DNA of 63,995 nt, counting the filler, from Ionaspis alba (taxonomy: Eukaryota): NCBI GenBank assembly GCA_964255285.1. It is 3 parts of 3 records of this genome, joined end to end, with 100 filler letters (N's around TTAATTAATTAA, not from the genome) between each part and the next. Parts side by side here need not be neighbours in the genome. Positions count along the whole stretch, not along the records: positions 22,587 to 45,054 come from CAXUUL010000207.1; positions 45,155 to 63,995 come from CAXUUL010000278.1; 1 more part is not named here. The stretch is one strand, 5' to 3'. The notes beneath the pieces are model-generated. The model was given only the letters and a program-made list of their open reading frames with translations, made no database searches and was not told where the DNA came from. The stretch's first letter is position 1; the number at the start of each line of letters is the position of its first letter. A program made the position numbers and the translations under genes. This document shows positions 37,803 to 52,005 of this stretch, in pieces.

Positions 37803-38962
37803 TTACCTAGCACTGATCGCCTCCCCTAATCCAAACTGCATCGGGACATAAGTAATTTGGCCCTTCAGTGCTTTCTCTGTCCGCAATTTCTGTCCTTCTT
37901 CCCCAGCTCTGCCTAGTGTACCCGCGATGACCTGCACGCACCGTAGACTATCGTCATTGGCAGGGATAGGATAGGTGACCCATGTGGGGTCGGCATCTGT
38001 ATCGACAATCCCAATGGTTGGGATATGGTTTAATCCACACTCATGCAACATCACCCAGTTCTCCATCGGGTTCAGACAGACAACTAGATCCGGCTTCAAC
38101 ACCGAATGATCACCCAGTTGTTCTCGGAAACCTTCTAAATCCCGATCGTACTCGTCCACGACTTTGAGCTGACATCCACCAAGTATCTGCTGTCCGTTCG
38201 TGATACTACCCGGGATCCAGCGCTCGAACAGATGACAGCCTCCTGCCAACCTTGCTGCGTTAACAACGCATCTGTCCTGGCCTGGTCTGGTCCCCACAAA
38301 CAGAATCAAGCCGCCTCGTTCCGCGACACCTGAAACCACTCGACATGCCCGCCTCAGGTGCGACGCTGTTACGTCAAGAGATATGATGTGAATCCCCTGA
38401 CGGATTCCAAAGATGTACCGAGAATTCATAGGATTCCAAAGAGAAGTTGAATGTCCGAGATGGGATTGTGATGCTAGTAGGAGCTCCAGAGTGATAGATG
38501 ATGGGGAAGGAGGATTGGAGAGGAGTGCATGAGGCTGGTAATAGGGCGCAATCTCGCTACCGAGAACACCGATAGTGCTTTCTGTGAAAATCAACATGAT
38601 TAACTGACAGCTTGGATATGATTTGGATCAAGGAAGTAATACGTTGGTGTTTAAGGGCATAATGTTTCTGGACGATTGGACCGGACTGGAACTTTGATGT
38701 AGGCCGTGTCACCGGATCCATCCTGCAAGCCGGTGCGATTCTTTGATCCTGTACCCGGGACTCAACAGACCGGATTTCTTTGATACTGTTTTCGACTGCT
38801 GCTTCGATCGCATCTACTCCACTGGCAAACGGCCGAACCCACGACTTGAGTGGATGCAAGGTCAACAAGAGCCCTGCTTAATTGTCAGAATCCGCAGAGT
38901 ACGTTAATGTGACAGTCTCTATCTAGCTAACCTTGCCGTAGTACTGTCTGTCTGATGATCAT
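37803..38962 (-). CDS. MRP4: Mitochondrial ribosomal protein uS2m (Mrp4), spliced
   Basis: LLASQSHLGHSTSLWNPMNSRYIFGIRQGIHIISL, LFVGTR, ERWIPGSITN, IPTIGIVDTDADP and YPIPANDDS are S2 signatures. Confidence 0.93.
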
Positions 38963-39153
38963 GCTGGGAAATTATTACGACGGTCGTGGTTGGAGATGGA
39001 AAATGGCGGTCCAGGTGGGTTTTTGGATGTTTCGTGTGTGACGGGCTTGGCACCCATGTTTGGAAATGATGGGCGCCTTTGCCAGTATCTATTTCCTCTA
39101 AGCACACATGTCTTACCACAATCCACATTCAATGACGATATTTCGTTTCAATA

Positions 39154-41936
39154 ATGTACGACGATCCCTCATACCATGCCTTCGTACCCAGCTCACAGCA
39201 TGAAGCGGAGAAGCCATTGTATATCAGCCACCAACGGAAGACTTCTTTGATTGCACAACCAAGTGTACGCATGGCATTCTAGCGTATTACTCAAATAGTC
39301 TCTAATTGTATACACAGAATAACCCTCAAGCTACCGTTAGCCTGTCACAAGTGAAGTTAAAGACGATCGGAGACCAAGACCGAATTTCTAGCCCACCGAT
39401 AGCAAGTCCTAGCCGTCGTGCCCAAAGTTACTCCGACTTCCACGATGCAGCTCTGCTCGTGCTGCGGGCGAGTCCGCAAACTACAGAGCAGCACAGCAGA
39501 ACATTCGAGAGAAATGTTAGGAACGATCTCGAAATCAGCCACTGGTATCAGAGCCTCGAGGGCGATCTTCATGAAGCCAGCCATGGTAAATACAAGTATG
39601 ACAGTCCAAAACGACCCAGATGACTAAGAACCGGGTGACTGACATGCTAAATCGTCGTTCTTAGAGCCTACCGGAACGAGCTCAACTCTTCGAATTCTTA
39701 CCTATCATCGCTTTCAGGCAGCGCCTCGACCGCCCTCGACCTGCTAACCGAGTTATCTGAATCCTTCAAAATCGTCGGGGCTCAGACAACGGCTTTTCAG
39801 AAACAGTGCGAGAGGATGCTTGCAAGCCAACAAGCTGTTACGGCGCTGTCGGACCAAATGAGACATAACCTTGATTTCTACAATTCTCTTGGGCCGATCA
39901 CAAGGAGACTCAACGCGCCAGGGGCTGGAAACTTTGTCAAGAGTAAAGAATTTTCTGGGATTTTGGCTCGACTTGACGAGTGCCTTGAATACATGGATAC
40001 TCATGTACGGATGTGTCCGGCACTCAAGTGACAAGATCAGCTAATTTGATCAGTCATCACAGAGAGAAGCCGATACCTATCGATCGCGTTACCGACTGCT
40101 CTTGACAAGAGGTCTGACATTAATTCGACTGCACTTCGTGGGTGCCCTACGGGACATCGCACAAGATGTGACGCGGCGAATTGCTGATCCACAATTAACA
40201 GACACGACCATGTCGGCACTTCTCTATGCCAAATTCCGAGTTGGCGCACCGGAGCTGAGGGATATCGCACATGAGGTTCGGCGAAGAGCTGTAGTGCCGG
40301 TGAAGGCTGGACCCGGTCACGACGTTGAGTATCAGAGCTTGATGAATGAGCTATACACGAGTTACTCTGCTACACGAGGCAAACTCGTACTTCCATTGGT
40401 TCGGAAACAGATCACTCAGATCTCTATAGGATCAAATACACCGAAGGACCTAGCATGGTTCGCGCGGAGTAGCATAAGTTACACCAGGGGTGTTTGTTCT
40501 GACGAGTATAACCTCTGGCGCGAATGGTTCGACGACGAGGATGGTCTATTCAATCTTCTCGAATCTGTATGCGAGCCTCTCTACGATCACTTAAGGCCTC
40601 GTATCATCCATGAGAATCAGCTTGCTAAACTGTGCGAGCTTTGCACTTTGATACAGACACGTTATATGCGTGATCAAGATGATGACTCCGAGAGCGTATC
40701 CGTCACCCAATTCGACTTTTCCGCCTTGATCCAACCTCTTTTAGAAGATACGCAGACACGAATAGTCTTCCGTACTCTAGCAATCCTAAAGGATGATATT
40801 CAGAGCTTCAAACCAAAGCCAGAGGACCTTGACTACCCTTCGCACAAGCAGACGCCCGGCTTTTCCCACAACGAGACGAACGGAGCGGCCACTTCGGGCA
40901 GAAAAGTCTCTTTGCCCAGAAACAAATCATCGAACTCCGCAGATTCTGTGTTGCTTGATGACGGCGATATTTTAAAAACACACCACGACTACGATGCTGG
41001 ACCTATACTCATAGATTGCTACCCTACGTTGAAGAGAGCAATTTGGCTGCTCAGTCGCATCTATCGACTCGTGAATGTACGTTCTCATTCTTCGAAACTT
41101 TTGTGCCCACAACTTATCCAGGATATCAATAGTCGTCTGTCTTCGACGATCTTGCGCACCAGATAGTCCACGAGACCACTATGTCGCTACATCGAGCATC
41201 TACCCTCCTTGCTTCACCTGCCAGTGGTTTGGACGCTCAGCTTTTCCTCCTCAAGCACCTTCTTCTCCTCAAGCAGCAGATAGTAGCTTTCGATATCGAA
41301 TACGTGACCCCTGAGGTTGCCTTCGACTTCTCAATTGCCACGAACACTTTTTACGAGTTACGCGACCGGGGAGGACTCTTTGATCCAAGGGTCCTCTGGC
41401 GTTTGGTCGGAGGTGGTCTCCTACCGCGAGTCGTGGAGAATATGCTGGATGCAAAAGTGGAATTAGACGGACGACTTAGAACGGTGATAAATGCTTTCAC
41501 TATAGACTGCGCCTACAGAATAACAGGTACGATGGACGAGTTGGTCACGATGACTCACGTAGAAGGGCCTAAAAGCGTGGTTCAAAAGGTCAAGCTGGCA
41601 GCAGAACGCGAAGCGCCTGCAATACGTCGCAGACTGGATGAATATCTTGACGATATTCGAACGAAGGAGACGCTGATCGGCGCCGTTCGAACCCAAATGG
41701 TGCAGAACTATGAGGCTTTCTACGAATGGTCAATGACTCAGAAGAAAGCGATTGAAGAAGCAGTGAGTACGAAGGGCAAGGGGAGGGGGGATGATCTATG
41801 GGATGTTGATACTCTCGCCGAATGGTCTGAAGAAGTCTTCCAGGCCCAACAGCGAGAGCATGAGGACGTAATGGCCAGAGGAGCCCGCCGGAGTCCGGGT
41901 ATCAATAGAAGTATGACTCGCAACGGGAGCATTTGA
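39154..41936 (+). CDS. COG3: Conserved oligomeric Golgi complex subunit 3 (Sec34), spliced
   Basis: LGPITRRLNAPG, RLDECLEYM, YRSRYRLLLTRGLTLIR, EPLYDHLRPRIIHE, CYPTLKRAIWLLSRIYRLVN and AQLFLLKHLLLLKQQI. Confidence 0.93.
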
Positions 41937-42889
41937 AGAAACGTCCCTAGAACTCGAAGGATTGTACGGAGTGTAAAACCAGTTCGTTGGAATGGAATGA
42001 TTGTACGAATAGTACTTGAATCGTGGCAAGTGATGAAGGCACTTTGGTGGTCCAGATATGGCACCGAGAGCGGAAGGTACAGCTCAACACTGTTACTCTA
42101 CCCAAGTCCACATCGTGCTTTTATTCCAAGCCGCATATAGCACACGTTCATCACTGGATCAGTCATATCGCTCAATACTCTTCCTGGAGACATCGAAATC
42201 TTATTGGCGATGGGTTTGCTGCCCACTTCCGTCCTGCTGTGGATACAATAGCCTGTACACAGCCTCGTAGCTCCACTTAGGACTGGTGAATGACAAGAGC
42301 TCCTTATAATGGACACGAACCATAGTGAGACCGTCCATGAAAATATGCCAAAAATTCATATTACTTTGGCCAAATTGAGGTAACCAAAGGGATAGCCCAG
42401 ACTTTCAGAGCCATGGGGTTAATATTTATCCCAAAAGACACCTTTCCTAAGTGCAGCCCAACCCTCTGACTACATTAGATAGGAGTTTGATAAGGGTAAA
42501 GGTGTGCTACTCCTTGAGCTGTGTCCAGGAGGCTGTCAAAGTTTCAATAATGTAGAGTTACACGAGGTCTGCCCTAGTCTAAAACTCTCTCAAGCACATC
42601 AATTCCCGAGCAGCTAGCGGATACTATACCAGGCTCGTAGTCTGAGGACGTTTCCGGATAAAGGAAACATAGTGGATGATACTGGGGGAGCTAAGTCCTT
42701 TACACACCACAGCGAGGAACGGTCACCAGGGATTTCGCTACTGAGAAAAGCCGTCCACGCCATACAGAGCTGAAGCTGATTTGTAGGCAATGTGGAGATA
42801 AGTCGGTGACAGATCACATCGAATCTACTAACCTACAATCGCTGCCTGTTTCGGTTTCGACAACCGATACCGACCAGAACCATCGAGCG

Positions 42890-44840
42890 CTAATCGTCAG
42901 GGTACTCGTCTTTGATATTACTGACGAAACTGTGGGTAGAACGATCCCATCGCTTGAAGTGGCGTCCTGCTAGACTCATCAGGCGACGAGGGAAGTCTGG
43001 TGTCTGGATTTCGACATTGTCCTCAGCGACATATCTAACACTTTTGTCCTCAACCCTACACAACATGCATTAGTTAAAGGCGACATATAAGCTAGGGGAA
43101 CATACAGGACATGGTAGAAGCTTTGATGCCTCCCTCTAGCCAGTTCATCGACACGCATTGCCACCATCCACTGCTCGTCGGCGCCGCACTCGACGTCCCA
43201 GCCCATGATAATACCGTGATATCCGTAGCGTTTGTGCCGGAACACCTGTCCAATTTTATACCGTACATGCTCGGCTATCTCCCTGGTGCGAGGCTTGACC
43301 TGTTTTGGCACGGAATCACTGCATCGCATAACTCTGATTGTTTCCAGTAACGGGAGATGTTCTCCGAAAGTCTGAAAGAGCGGAACCACGTAATGTTCGA
43401 TCAATGACACATCTGTGGGAAAGTGAGTCTCGAAGTGCTCCACGAAAGATGGAAGGAAAGTGCTTCGGCGTGCGGCAGCTACCCCTGGTCGATCAACGTA
43501 GGAAGGTGTTCCTACCAACACTGACGCCCATAGTGCGCCGTAGTAGGCAAGTTCGGGGTCTGGAGACCAGCATGCCGAGTCAAAATCATCGGGAATGCCG
43601 TTGTCGCGACGCATAAGATTGATGCGGTGGCGATCTTGAACAGACGTCAGGATGTTACGTGCTGTGCGGAGCACGATCTCGGTAGTCGATGCTGCCTCCA
43701 ACGTCTTCGCATGACTAGAATCTGGAGCACCCATGGCACGGAGCTGGGCTGTCAGCTGTTCGGTGGCTGTTTCTCGGTCTGATCGGAAGGGATCCATGTA
43801 CATCGGAGCCGGAGGTATATCATCCAGAGGTGAGGGGTGGCCGCCCATGTCAAAGCCGGCCGTAGGCTTGATCACGGCGATGACGTGGAATGGAAAGCTG
43901 CAGGCATGAGCGTCAAGGCCCAACCTCCTCGCGATACAGCAGAAGATCGCGGTCGATATAAGCGGCATTGACGGGTGTTCGTCACCGTGAAGTGCTATAC
44001 CCAGGAAGCAGTTCTGCAGATTATGATAATGACTGATATCTTTCAATCCAAGCAGATGATTCGCACGTAGATAAGTCACAATGATGACAGCTCTCTGTCG
44101 GGGGGTCTGTGCTTGCAGATCCGGGTGGGCTTTCCGGATCTTGTCTGCAATAACATCCAACTGATAGGAGATCTGACAAGTCAGCGATGCTGTTGACAAT
44201 CGAGCATGGCTTGGAGCTCCCACCTCGTCGAAATCTCCTTCCCTGTCTCGTAGGACGAACATGTCGAAGGAGGCGAGGGCCGTGTCTAGTGCAACTTCTT
44301 TCCCCTTCTGAAGGTTTGACCACTGCTCGACGGCGGCGGTGCGATGTAGTAACGCAAGGACAGCATCACTATAGTGCCTGGCGAGTCAGTCAATTTAGGA
44401 CACTTCGTCGACGCGATGTTGTGTTACCTTCTGGCAAGGACATCCTCTGCGTCATCATCCACCGTCAAATGCCTAAGTAGTGTGTCTTTTGCATCGTACC
44501 CGTACTCGACGATACGATCAAATTTCTCAACCCGGTTCACCTGGCTGGCCAATATACCATCCAACAATTTGCTGATTGCCACATCGGCCTTGTACCGCTG
44601 CATAAAAACATTTTCCCAATCCGCGGCTCCTACTGCGCCCGAGAATTTCTCCTTGATGTGATGCTTCGGGCTCCAGTATCGGAACTCGGTATTGCAGTGA
44701 TGCCGCCACACGAATGGCTCGACCAGGTCACGCAGCCTGCGTGACAGACATCGGAACGCCGCGAGGGAAGGTGCAGGAACGTAGAGCAGGATCTGTTGGA
44801 TAACCTCGTTAGGTAGGCTGCCGAGAGAAATGGACGGCAT
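42890..44840 (-). CDS. F-box protein with SirB1/transglutaminase-like and YccV-like (HspQ) domains (FBXO21-like), spliced
   Basis: N-terminal F-box LGSLPNEVIQQILLYV, central SMPLISTAIFCCIARRLGL...FPFHV...YMDPF, and C-terminal VRYKIGQVFRHKRYGYHGIIMGWD...QSFYHVL...YVAEDN...NIKDEYPDD*. Confidence 0.88.
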
Positions 44841-45054
44841 GCTGTGGATCCAGAAATATGATCACTTTCAAGGGCAACTATCAGGGAAGAGTCGCGGATC
44901 GAGATGCACATGTAGAGAGACAAAAATACAAGGGCAAATTACAGAAATAACCCCCAAAAGCGATTTTTTTTGATTAATTTGACTTTTTTTCTTCTAATTG
45001 TCCGATATTCGCTTATATCTTTTATTTTCAATAATTTTTTGAATATTTAATTGT

Positions 45055-45154
45055 NNNNNNNNNNNNNNNNNNNNNNNNNNNNNNNNNNNNNNNNNNNNTT
45101 AATTAATTAANNNNNNNNNNNNNNNNNNNNNNNNNNNNNNNNNNNNNNNNNNNN
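45055..45154. other. Assembly gap containing artificial six-frame stop linker TTAATTAATTAA (45099-45110)
   Basis: Same N/linker/N layout as 22487-22586. Confidence 0.95.
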
Positions 45155-46073
45155 TGGGGTATGATGAAATAAGCTGGTGGCAGATGTTCAGCTTCCTCGT
45201 CGACGTCAATGTGTTATATTCCATATGGCTGTTCGAATCTGCTCGGACTAATTCTCGCACAGCTATAAGTTTGTTCGTGTTCCCCCTCCTCCTTACATGA
45301 ATCCTGTCTAAGGCAGTCTTCATAGTCCGATGATCTGGGGATTTTCAGCACAAGTGCTCGGCATCGGCTTGGTCGCTCCTATCTACTGCTTTGTCCACTA
45401 CGTCTTTATGCCGACTCCGCTCAACAGGAGCTCAGGACCCTTTCTTACCGACCGGACACTTTCTCTCACCATCGTCCCAGTGGTGTTCCTGTTCTCTAGC
45501 ATCCCAATATACTTGGCCTACCTAGCGCCAACACCCGCTACACGCCATTACTGGGTTTGGGCCTGGCAGATGTTCCCGTTATGGATCAGTATCAACCAGG
45601 TCTTGCTGCAACAAACAGTCATGAGAATTGCAGACAGAGAAGCTGGCAATGATGGTGGTAAGCCAGCTCGTGATCTCCTCATTAAGCGTCTCACTCTGGG
45701 TTTCTTTGCTGCCCAGGGAGCTGTGGTATGGATCTACCTACTGTTTCGATCTCCTTTCACCCTCTCTACCATCTTCCTTCCCCAAATTGCGTTCGAGGTC
45801 GATTTTGTCCCTGCAATGCGCCGCTGCCTGCAGTATGATGAGATTTTCGGATTCGGCAGCTATTTCCTGTGGCTGGGATACTTGTTTTTGGACCTCAAAC
45901 GCGTGAAGCTGCTCAGTCAGAGCTGGCTCGTTATTGTGGGTTCAGCAGTTTTGGGTACAGCATGCTTTGGACCAGGGGCCATGCTTGCACTGGGTTGGCT
46001 GTGGAGAGAGGAAAATCTAGTGAATGTGGATCGTAGAGCAGCACTTATCGAGAAGAGAAGGAAAAATAAGTAG
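45155..46073 (+). CDS. 5'-truncated integral membrane protein, PaxA/AtmA/CtvD-like (possibly the C-terminal half of an FAD-monooxygenase fusion)
   Basis: Exon fragment SWWQMFSFLVDVNVLYSIWLFESAR, then AQVLGIGLVAPIY, WVWAWQMFPLW, LQYDEI and FGPGAMLALGWLWREE. It begins at the contig edge, and the family call is from motif recall. Confidence 0.65.
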
Positions 46074-47403
46074 AGTAGGCAGGACTGGTATCACAGGATG
46101 AGGAGTAGGGCACGAGACGTCCGGGCAAGGAAAGGGGAAAGGCCCATTCATGTGAAGTCGAGTTCCGCCTGTTGGAGTCTCGCTCGGGATGATTCTCCGG
46201 ATTACATGCACAACCTGTTGCGGATGCAAAGCACGGCGTGTGGGGCTTCTCTGCGGCGCACAACCCTATCATGTCCTTCTCAGCTTTCGACAAGATCAAA
46301 GCCTCTTGGTTCGAGGAGCTGAAAGACAAGAAACTGAACATACGGCTAGGCTCATTCGATGGGCAGTAACCCCGTTCCACATGTGACCTTGATACGTGCT
46401 GCAAGGCAGACCACTACTGACACTCCCTCTTCCGTACCTGGCATCATGTGCGCATCGGGGCAGAATAACCATAAGTTGAACCCAGAAAATAAGGATGGTG
46501 GTGCCTTACTCCTGATGATCGGTGTAAGCGAAGAATGTGGGAGGGCTTGCCGTGCCCCTGTTTCATCATGCCATTTCCTGACTAGCTCCTGCAACGTCTT
46601 GGCGGAGCCTCAACCCACGACGATACTGCAACCCTTGAACGCTACCAGAACCTGCGGAACGAGATTCGTCGGAGAAAAGTTGTGTGTATCGGAGGTTCTA
46701 CAGGAAGAGGATTCATTCCTCTCCAACAGAACATACGAAGCAGAGAAAAAGGATAGTTCATCCCAATTGGAAGCGGTTCATCCCATCTCAGTCAAGACCG
46801 AAATCCTCAACATGCTAATTGGTGCTGCTGAATCTCGAGCCGCATACACTGCCCCTTCTATTGAAGCTTCCAAACCTTCTGTCTCATACGCCGCCTTCAT
46901 AGTCTTTTTACGGTGTCTTTGATTGCTTGCAACAGGCCTTTTTTAGCGAAAACCGCCGTCCAATCTGCCTGATCTCCGATTTTCGAACATGGTATCCCAT
47001 GTGCACATGCTAGGACCCAGCATTGTCCTGATTCACTCTCACAATGGTGTACTAGATGATCTTCACCGCGTTACATTAGTAGTGGAGAAGGTCAAGGGTC
47101 CATTCCTACTGGTACCACAGCCGACGCGGTCTTCCGCCTACAATGGTACCTCTGCAGGGTGATAGGTGTGGACGAAGACCTCGTCCCGCACTTACTCCGA
47201 AACCTGCCAAGCTATGTTCTGTATATTAGCTCTGACTTCGTTCTTGATTCAAGTCTATAATGACTTGAGAGCATCCATTCTTTATTCTTCATTGCAATTG
47301 CCTGCTATACACTCGTTCCTAGCTACGGCTCCAGCAGGATATTTATTAGTGCAGTATCACACTCTTTATCTTTTCATTGGCAAATTTCACTCGCATCATA
47401 GCT

Positions 47404-49744
47404 ATGTTCTTGAATACGGCTCTCTTCTGGAGCTTGACATTGGTTTGGGCATTGCTTAGTACTCCTGCATTTGGCGGTCCTGTACATGCCCAGCCACATG
47501 TCAAGATTGTTGAGTCTCGTGATGTTCCCAATAATCGTGTGCTTACAGCAGTGCGAGGAACCCTGGCGAAAAGAGTCCAGGATACAAGTGAAGCGTTTGT
47601 GCTGAAGTCAGCGTTGACTCTGGACTATGCAGACAGTATGTGTCCCCGCTTCTCGTGATTAAGTGGCCGAAGCTTCCCTATTATGGATTGTTTGGCCCAT
47701 AATTTGAATCTGCTGACGATTATGATTGCCACAGAAGAGTCCCTGGAGGGTGCTGAGCCTTTCGGTGCCTCAATGCTGGTTGAAACGAAGCATCCAGCAC
47801 TAGTTCTGGAAGACATCGATAGCTATCTGACATCCATTCAATGCTCCCGATCTGGTATCTCGCTTGGCTTCCAATCAAGCCAGCAGTCTATCGCAGCTGA
47901 GAAGGCCTGGAATACATCGGATTTCCTAGTTTTCACCTCTCATCGGGGCTGCAATAAAAACGGCGAACGGCAGCCATATCTGTAAGTAATGTCATGAAGT
48001 TCTTGTCTCACTCCTTGCAGCCCCAAAATCTTGCTGACTATTCAGGGTCTCTGCTGTCTCGTTTGATCATAAATTAGCCTCTGCTACCCTGACGGCTCAG
48101 CCTGTTGGTTGGGAAATGACATATGTTACCCTCGAGGTCAAGTTTGGTGTTCAAAAACCTATCCGAAATCCAAACACGGAGCGCTCCGTTTCGACTTCTG
48201 CTCTCTCGAAGCGAGCGTCGAAAGACATCAGCTTCTCCCTAATCAACAAGCAGCTCATCAGACTGTACGTCGTCCCTCTTGCATATATTCGTCTAGGGAG
48301 TATTAACTTTGGTCAAGCACTGTACCGGGGACAGTAATCACATCAACTTGCAAGACTTGCACAGGAACCGGCACGTTTACTATTCAAAGCGGTGGCTTCA
48401 AGATGCACAATTCTGGAGGCTTCTTCGGAGGCATTCTGGGCGGACTCAAAGATATCAGCCACATCGCAGAATTTGCTTTTGTGGACATAGTCGCAAACAA
48501 CCTTCGTGCAAGTTTCGACATAGAAACAACAATTCAATTCCAAAAGGTTTTCACTTTTCATTTACTTGGCGGTCCAGTTGGTCTGCCGGGTTTCTCTGTA
48601 TGTCATACTCTCGTCAGCATTCAATTGCATGTGGCTAAGCACATCATATAGATCGCCGGTGTCTTTTCCATCGGTCCATCGATTGACCCTACTATTGTCG
48701 CAGCGATTAAATTGGCCGAGCCACTCACCTTCGACCTTGGTTTCGACATGGCCGTTCCCGATGGAGCTAGCCTCAATATCGACATCGTAAACGTCGCGAG
48801 ATCGTCGGCATCAGGATTGTGCGTATTTACCGGGCTATCTAGGAATTCGTTGTCCCCCCTTGCTAATGATAGCTAGTGATGCTACGAAGTTCACCGAACA
48901 TCCACTACAACTTGAAAGCAAGATCGGCTTGAACTTCAGTCTGGCTTTCCGACCTGTCATAGAATTTGGTATATCTGTTTTCAAATTCGACTTCGATCCA
49001 ATCCAGGTATTTGCCGACGTACCAAAATACGACGGAAGTCTGGTGCTCGTCTCCGGCGTAGACGACAATTGTAACCCGTCTCCAGCCAGCACCGGCCAGC
49101 ACCTATCATATAATGGTGACTTCAGCTTCGACATTGGCGTTGGCGCAAAAATCGACCTTACCGACAAGATTGCCTTCGCTCCCCAGCATGTCATTGCTAG
49201 TACCAAAGTCTTCCCAGCGTCCACTTGCTTCGCAATCGGTCCCAAGGCAACGCCGGTTGCCATCGTGTCGACTCCAGCTGCCGTTGTAACTAAGGAGTCG
49301 GTGTCAGCCCTAGACCCCACTACGAGTGCTGCCGGCGTGACTACGGCCGCAGTCCCAGAGACAACTGCTGTCTCAAACTCCACCGTTCCTTCATCTTCTC
49401 GATTCACCCTCAAACACCGCAAGTCTACAGCTACCGTGGGTCCTCTCTCGACTGCCTTGCCTAGTGGTGGGCTCACCACTACCACTGTGGTATTGTCGCG
49501 TCTCACCACGTATCCCGTGACAATCACTCAGATCTCTAACTCATCAGCCTATACTACGACAGTAGAAACCACCTCCGCTATTGTCTTTACTAGAACAATG
49601 ACGTATTGCGCTACTTGTGCTGCCCCAACAGCGACCGGTTCTGGGGACGGTCCGTGGTTGAATGGTACCGCTGATGGTTCTGCTCCGCCAACAGCCGCCA
49701 TCCCTCGCCTTCGTCGTCGGCTGGGAAATTTTCGATTGATTTGA
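47404..49744 (+). CDS. Secreted fungal protein (DUF7029/DUF7223-like beta-rich domains, Ser/Thr-rich tail), multi-exon
   Basis: Signal peptide MFLNTALFWSLTLVWALL, then LTLDYAD, PALVLEDID, AEKAWN...FTSHRGCNKNGERQPY, a CTG...CKTCTGTG segment, GLPGFS|IAGVFSIGP, and a Thr-rich C-terminus. Confidence 0.7.
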
Positions 49745-50413
49745 GATGCTACATTCGCTCCTTCCGTGGTGCCTGCGCTCATCTCGGGATATGAAACCGG
49801 GACTGACGACTCTCTTTACATATCTCCGGGTTAGCGTGACTTGATAATGAATTAATGGGTATTTGGCAGGACTTTTGTGTTACTGAAGCATTTAGATATT
49901 AGGAAGCACAATCTATTTACCATATCCAGTCTCCGCATCCTCTGTCAGAGACTCCAGTAGGTGTGAAAGAGAGCGCTTGAATGTATTCACGAGATCCTTA
50001 TAATGCGACACCACCCTCAAATGTAACCGTAGGATAGTGAGGATTTGCAAAGAACGTTTCATAATTCTAGTTTGAGGTCTAGGGATTTGCAGCTCATATA
50101 GCTCTTGTGAGGACGATCAGTCCGCAGAGACCTGGTCGAATAGTCATGTGGTGGACCAAGATACTTTAACTCCACGCTGAGGTGATGCACGGCGCAGCCA
50201 AGGGTTTTGCACGGCGTTGCAGTTTAGGGGTTACCGACTTGGCGAGGCTGAGCCCGCGGCCGCCTAAGCCGAATGGCGTAGTTCATGCTGACTGTGGATT
50301 TAACGGCGCAATACCGATGACTTGCAGCGCTGACTATCAGAAAAGATACGCAGCTCATATACGCTGCAGTCCTCATATCGAGGAGACACATACATGCCAG
50401 GACTTTATCGACC

Positions 50414-52005
50414 ATGTCTCAGACGCATCCTCCACACACAGATTCGATAGAGGAGAGGGAATCGAATGAAACGGAGAAGAAAGTGAAGAGCAGGAGACCA
50501 GCAAGTATGCTCGCCGTTATTGGGATAGGGCCTCAGGTCTGGAAGCACCAGGAGACTGATAGACATTTTCTCTACGTTAGACACTGCATTCCGACAGCAG
50601 CGACTGAAAGCATGGCAGTAAGCCTGTCCAGTGCGAAATCGTAGCGAGCTTCACTGATGTGATCTGCAGACCCATCCTTACTCCCAAAACCGTACTCCCT
50701 CTGTTCTTCATCATTGGGGTCATCTTTGCACCGATAGGTGGACTCCTACTTTATGCCAGCGCGAAAGTCAGCAGTCCTTGACAATCCCCCAAAAGAAGGA
50801 AACCGTGGGCAAACGGCCTGGGCTTTGCAGGCTGACAGCTATCTCAGGTCCAAGAGATCTCAATAGACTATTCGGAGTGTGCCTCTCGAGCACCGCAATC
50901 AGATGACATGTCCAAATTCGCGGAAATACCGAAGGACAAGTACTACTCATACTTCAAAAATGACATCAATCCTGGCGAATACCCAACCTGGAAGCAAAAC
51001 ACAACCGACATCACGTATAGCAAAGGGCATCCAGCTCCTCCAGATACCAAGGGTGGTGTTAAGGTCTCGACCACCATTTGCTCTATCCAATTTACGATAC
51101 CGGACGATCTCGACCCTCCAGTCCTTTTCTACTATCGCTTGACAAACTTCTACCAGAACCATCGGAGATATGTCAAATCGCTCGATACGGATCAATTGGC
51201 GGGAACAGCCATTACGCAAGGGAGCTGTGATCCTCTGCGTAACACCAGCGATGGCACGCCGTACTACCCATGCGGGCTCATTGCCAATTCGTGGTTCAAT
51301 GACACATTCGTTTCTCCCGTAGGATTGAACATTGCTAATTCCACCGATCCCGTCATGTACAGCATGACAGATAAAGGGATCGCATGGGATAGCGACAAGA
51401 AACTCTACAAGAAGACTGCTTATAAGCCAAACCAGATTGCCGTGCCACGAAACTGGCAGGTCAGATGGGGAGAGAAGGGATACACAGATGATAATCCTCC
51501 CCCTGCTTTGGACGAAGACGAAACGTTTCAAGTTTGGATGCGGACTGCTGGCCTCCCAGCATTTAGTAAATTAGCTCTGAGGAACGATACCCATACCATG
51601 CAGTCAGGCAGGTACATGGTGGATATTCGCATGAGTACGGGACTTTCCCCATTTCACGCTTGGCGCATTTATTGACAACGAGCAGACTTTCCAGTGACCG
51701 AGTACGGAGGTACGAAATCGATCGTGATTTCAACCCGAACCGTTATGGGAGGTAGAAACCCTTTCCTTGGTATCGCCTACGTTGTGGTATCAGGGCTCTG
51801 TGTTATTCTTGGAATTGTTTTCACCATAGCCCATCTCATCAAGCCTAGGTGAGTCTCGTCAGGTCCGAACGACGGTCCCACGTGGCGTGCTAACAAAGGT
51901 TCTTACAGGAAACTGGGCGACCATACCTACTTGACGTGGAATAACGACCAGCCTAGCACTGCGACCGCAACCGGCATTTCTAGACCTGGACATGATACAG
52001 CGTGA
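50414..52005 (+). CDS. CDC50/LEM3 family phospholipid flippase beta subunit, spliced
   Basis: [71 protein letters not shown] and [12 protein letters not shown]. Confidence 0.95.

Noticed and set aside
50947..51531. 194-aa minus-strand ORF
   Set aside because: Antisense shadow of the CDC50 exon.
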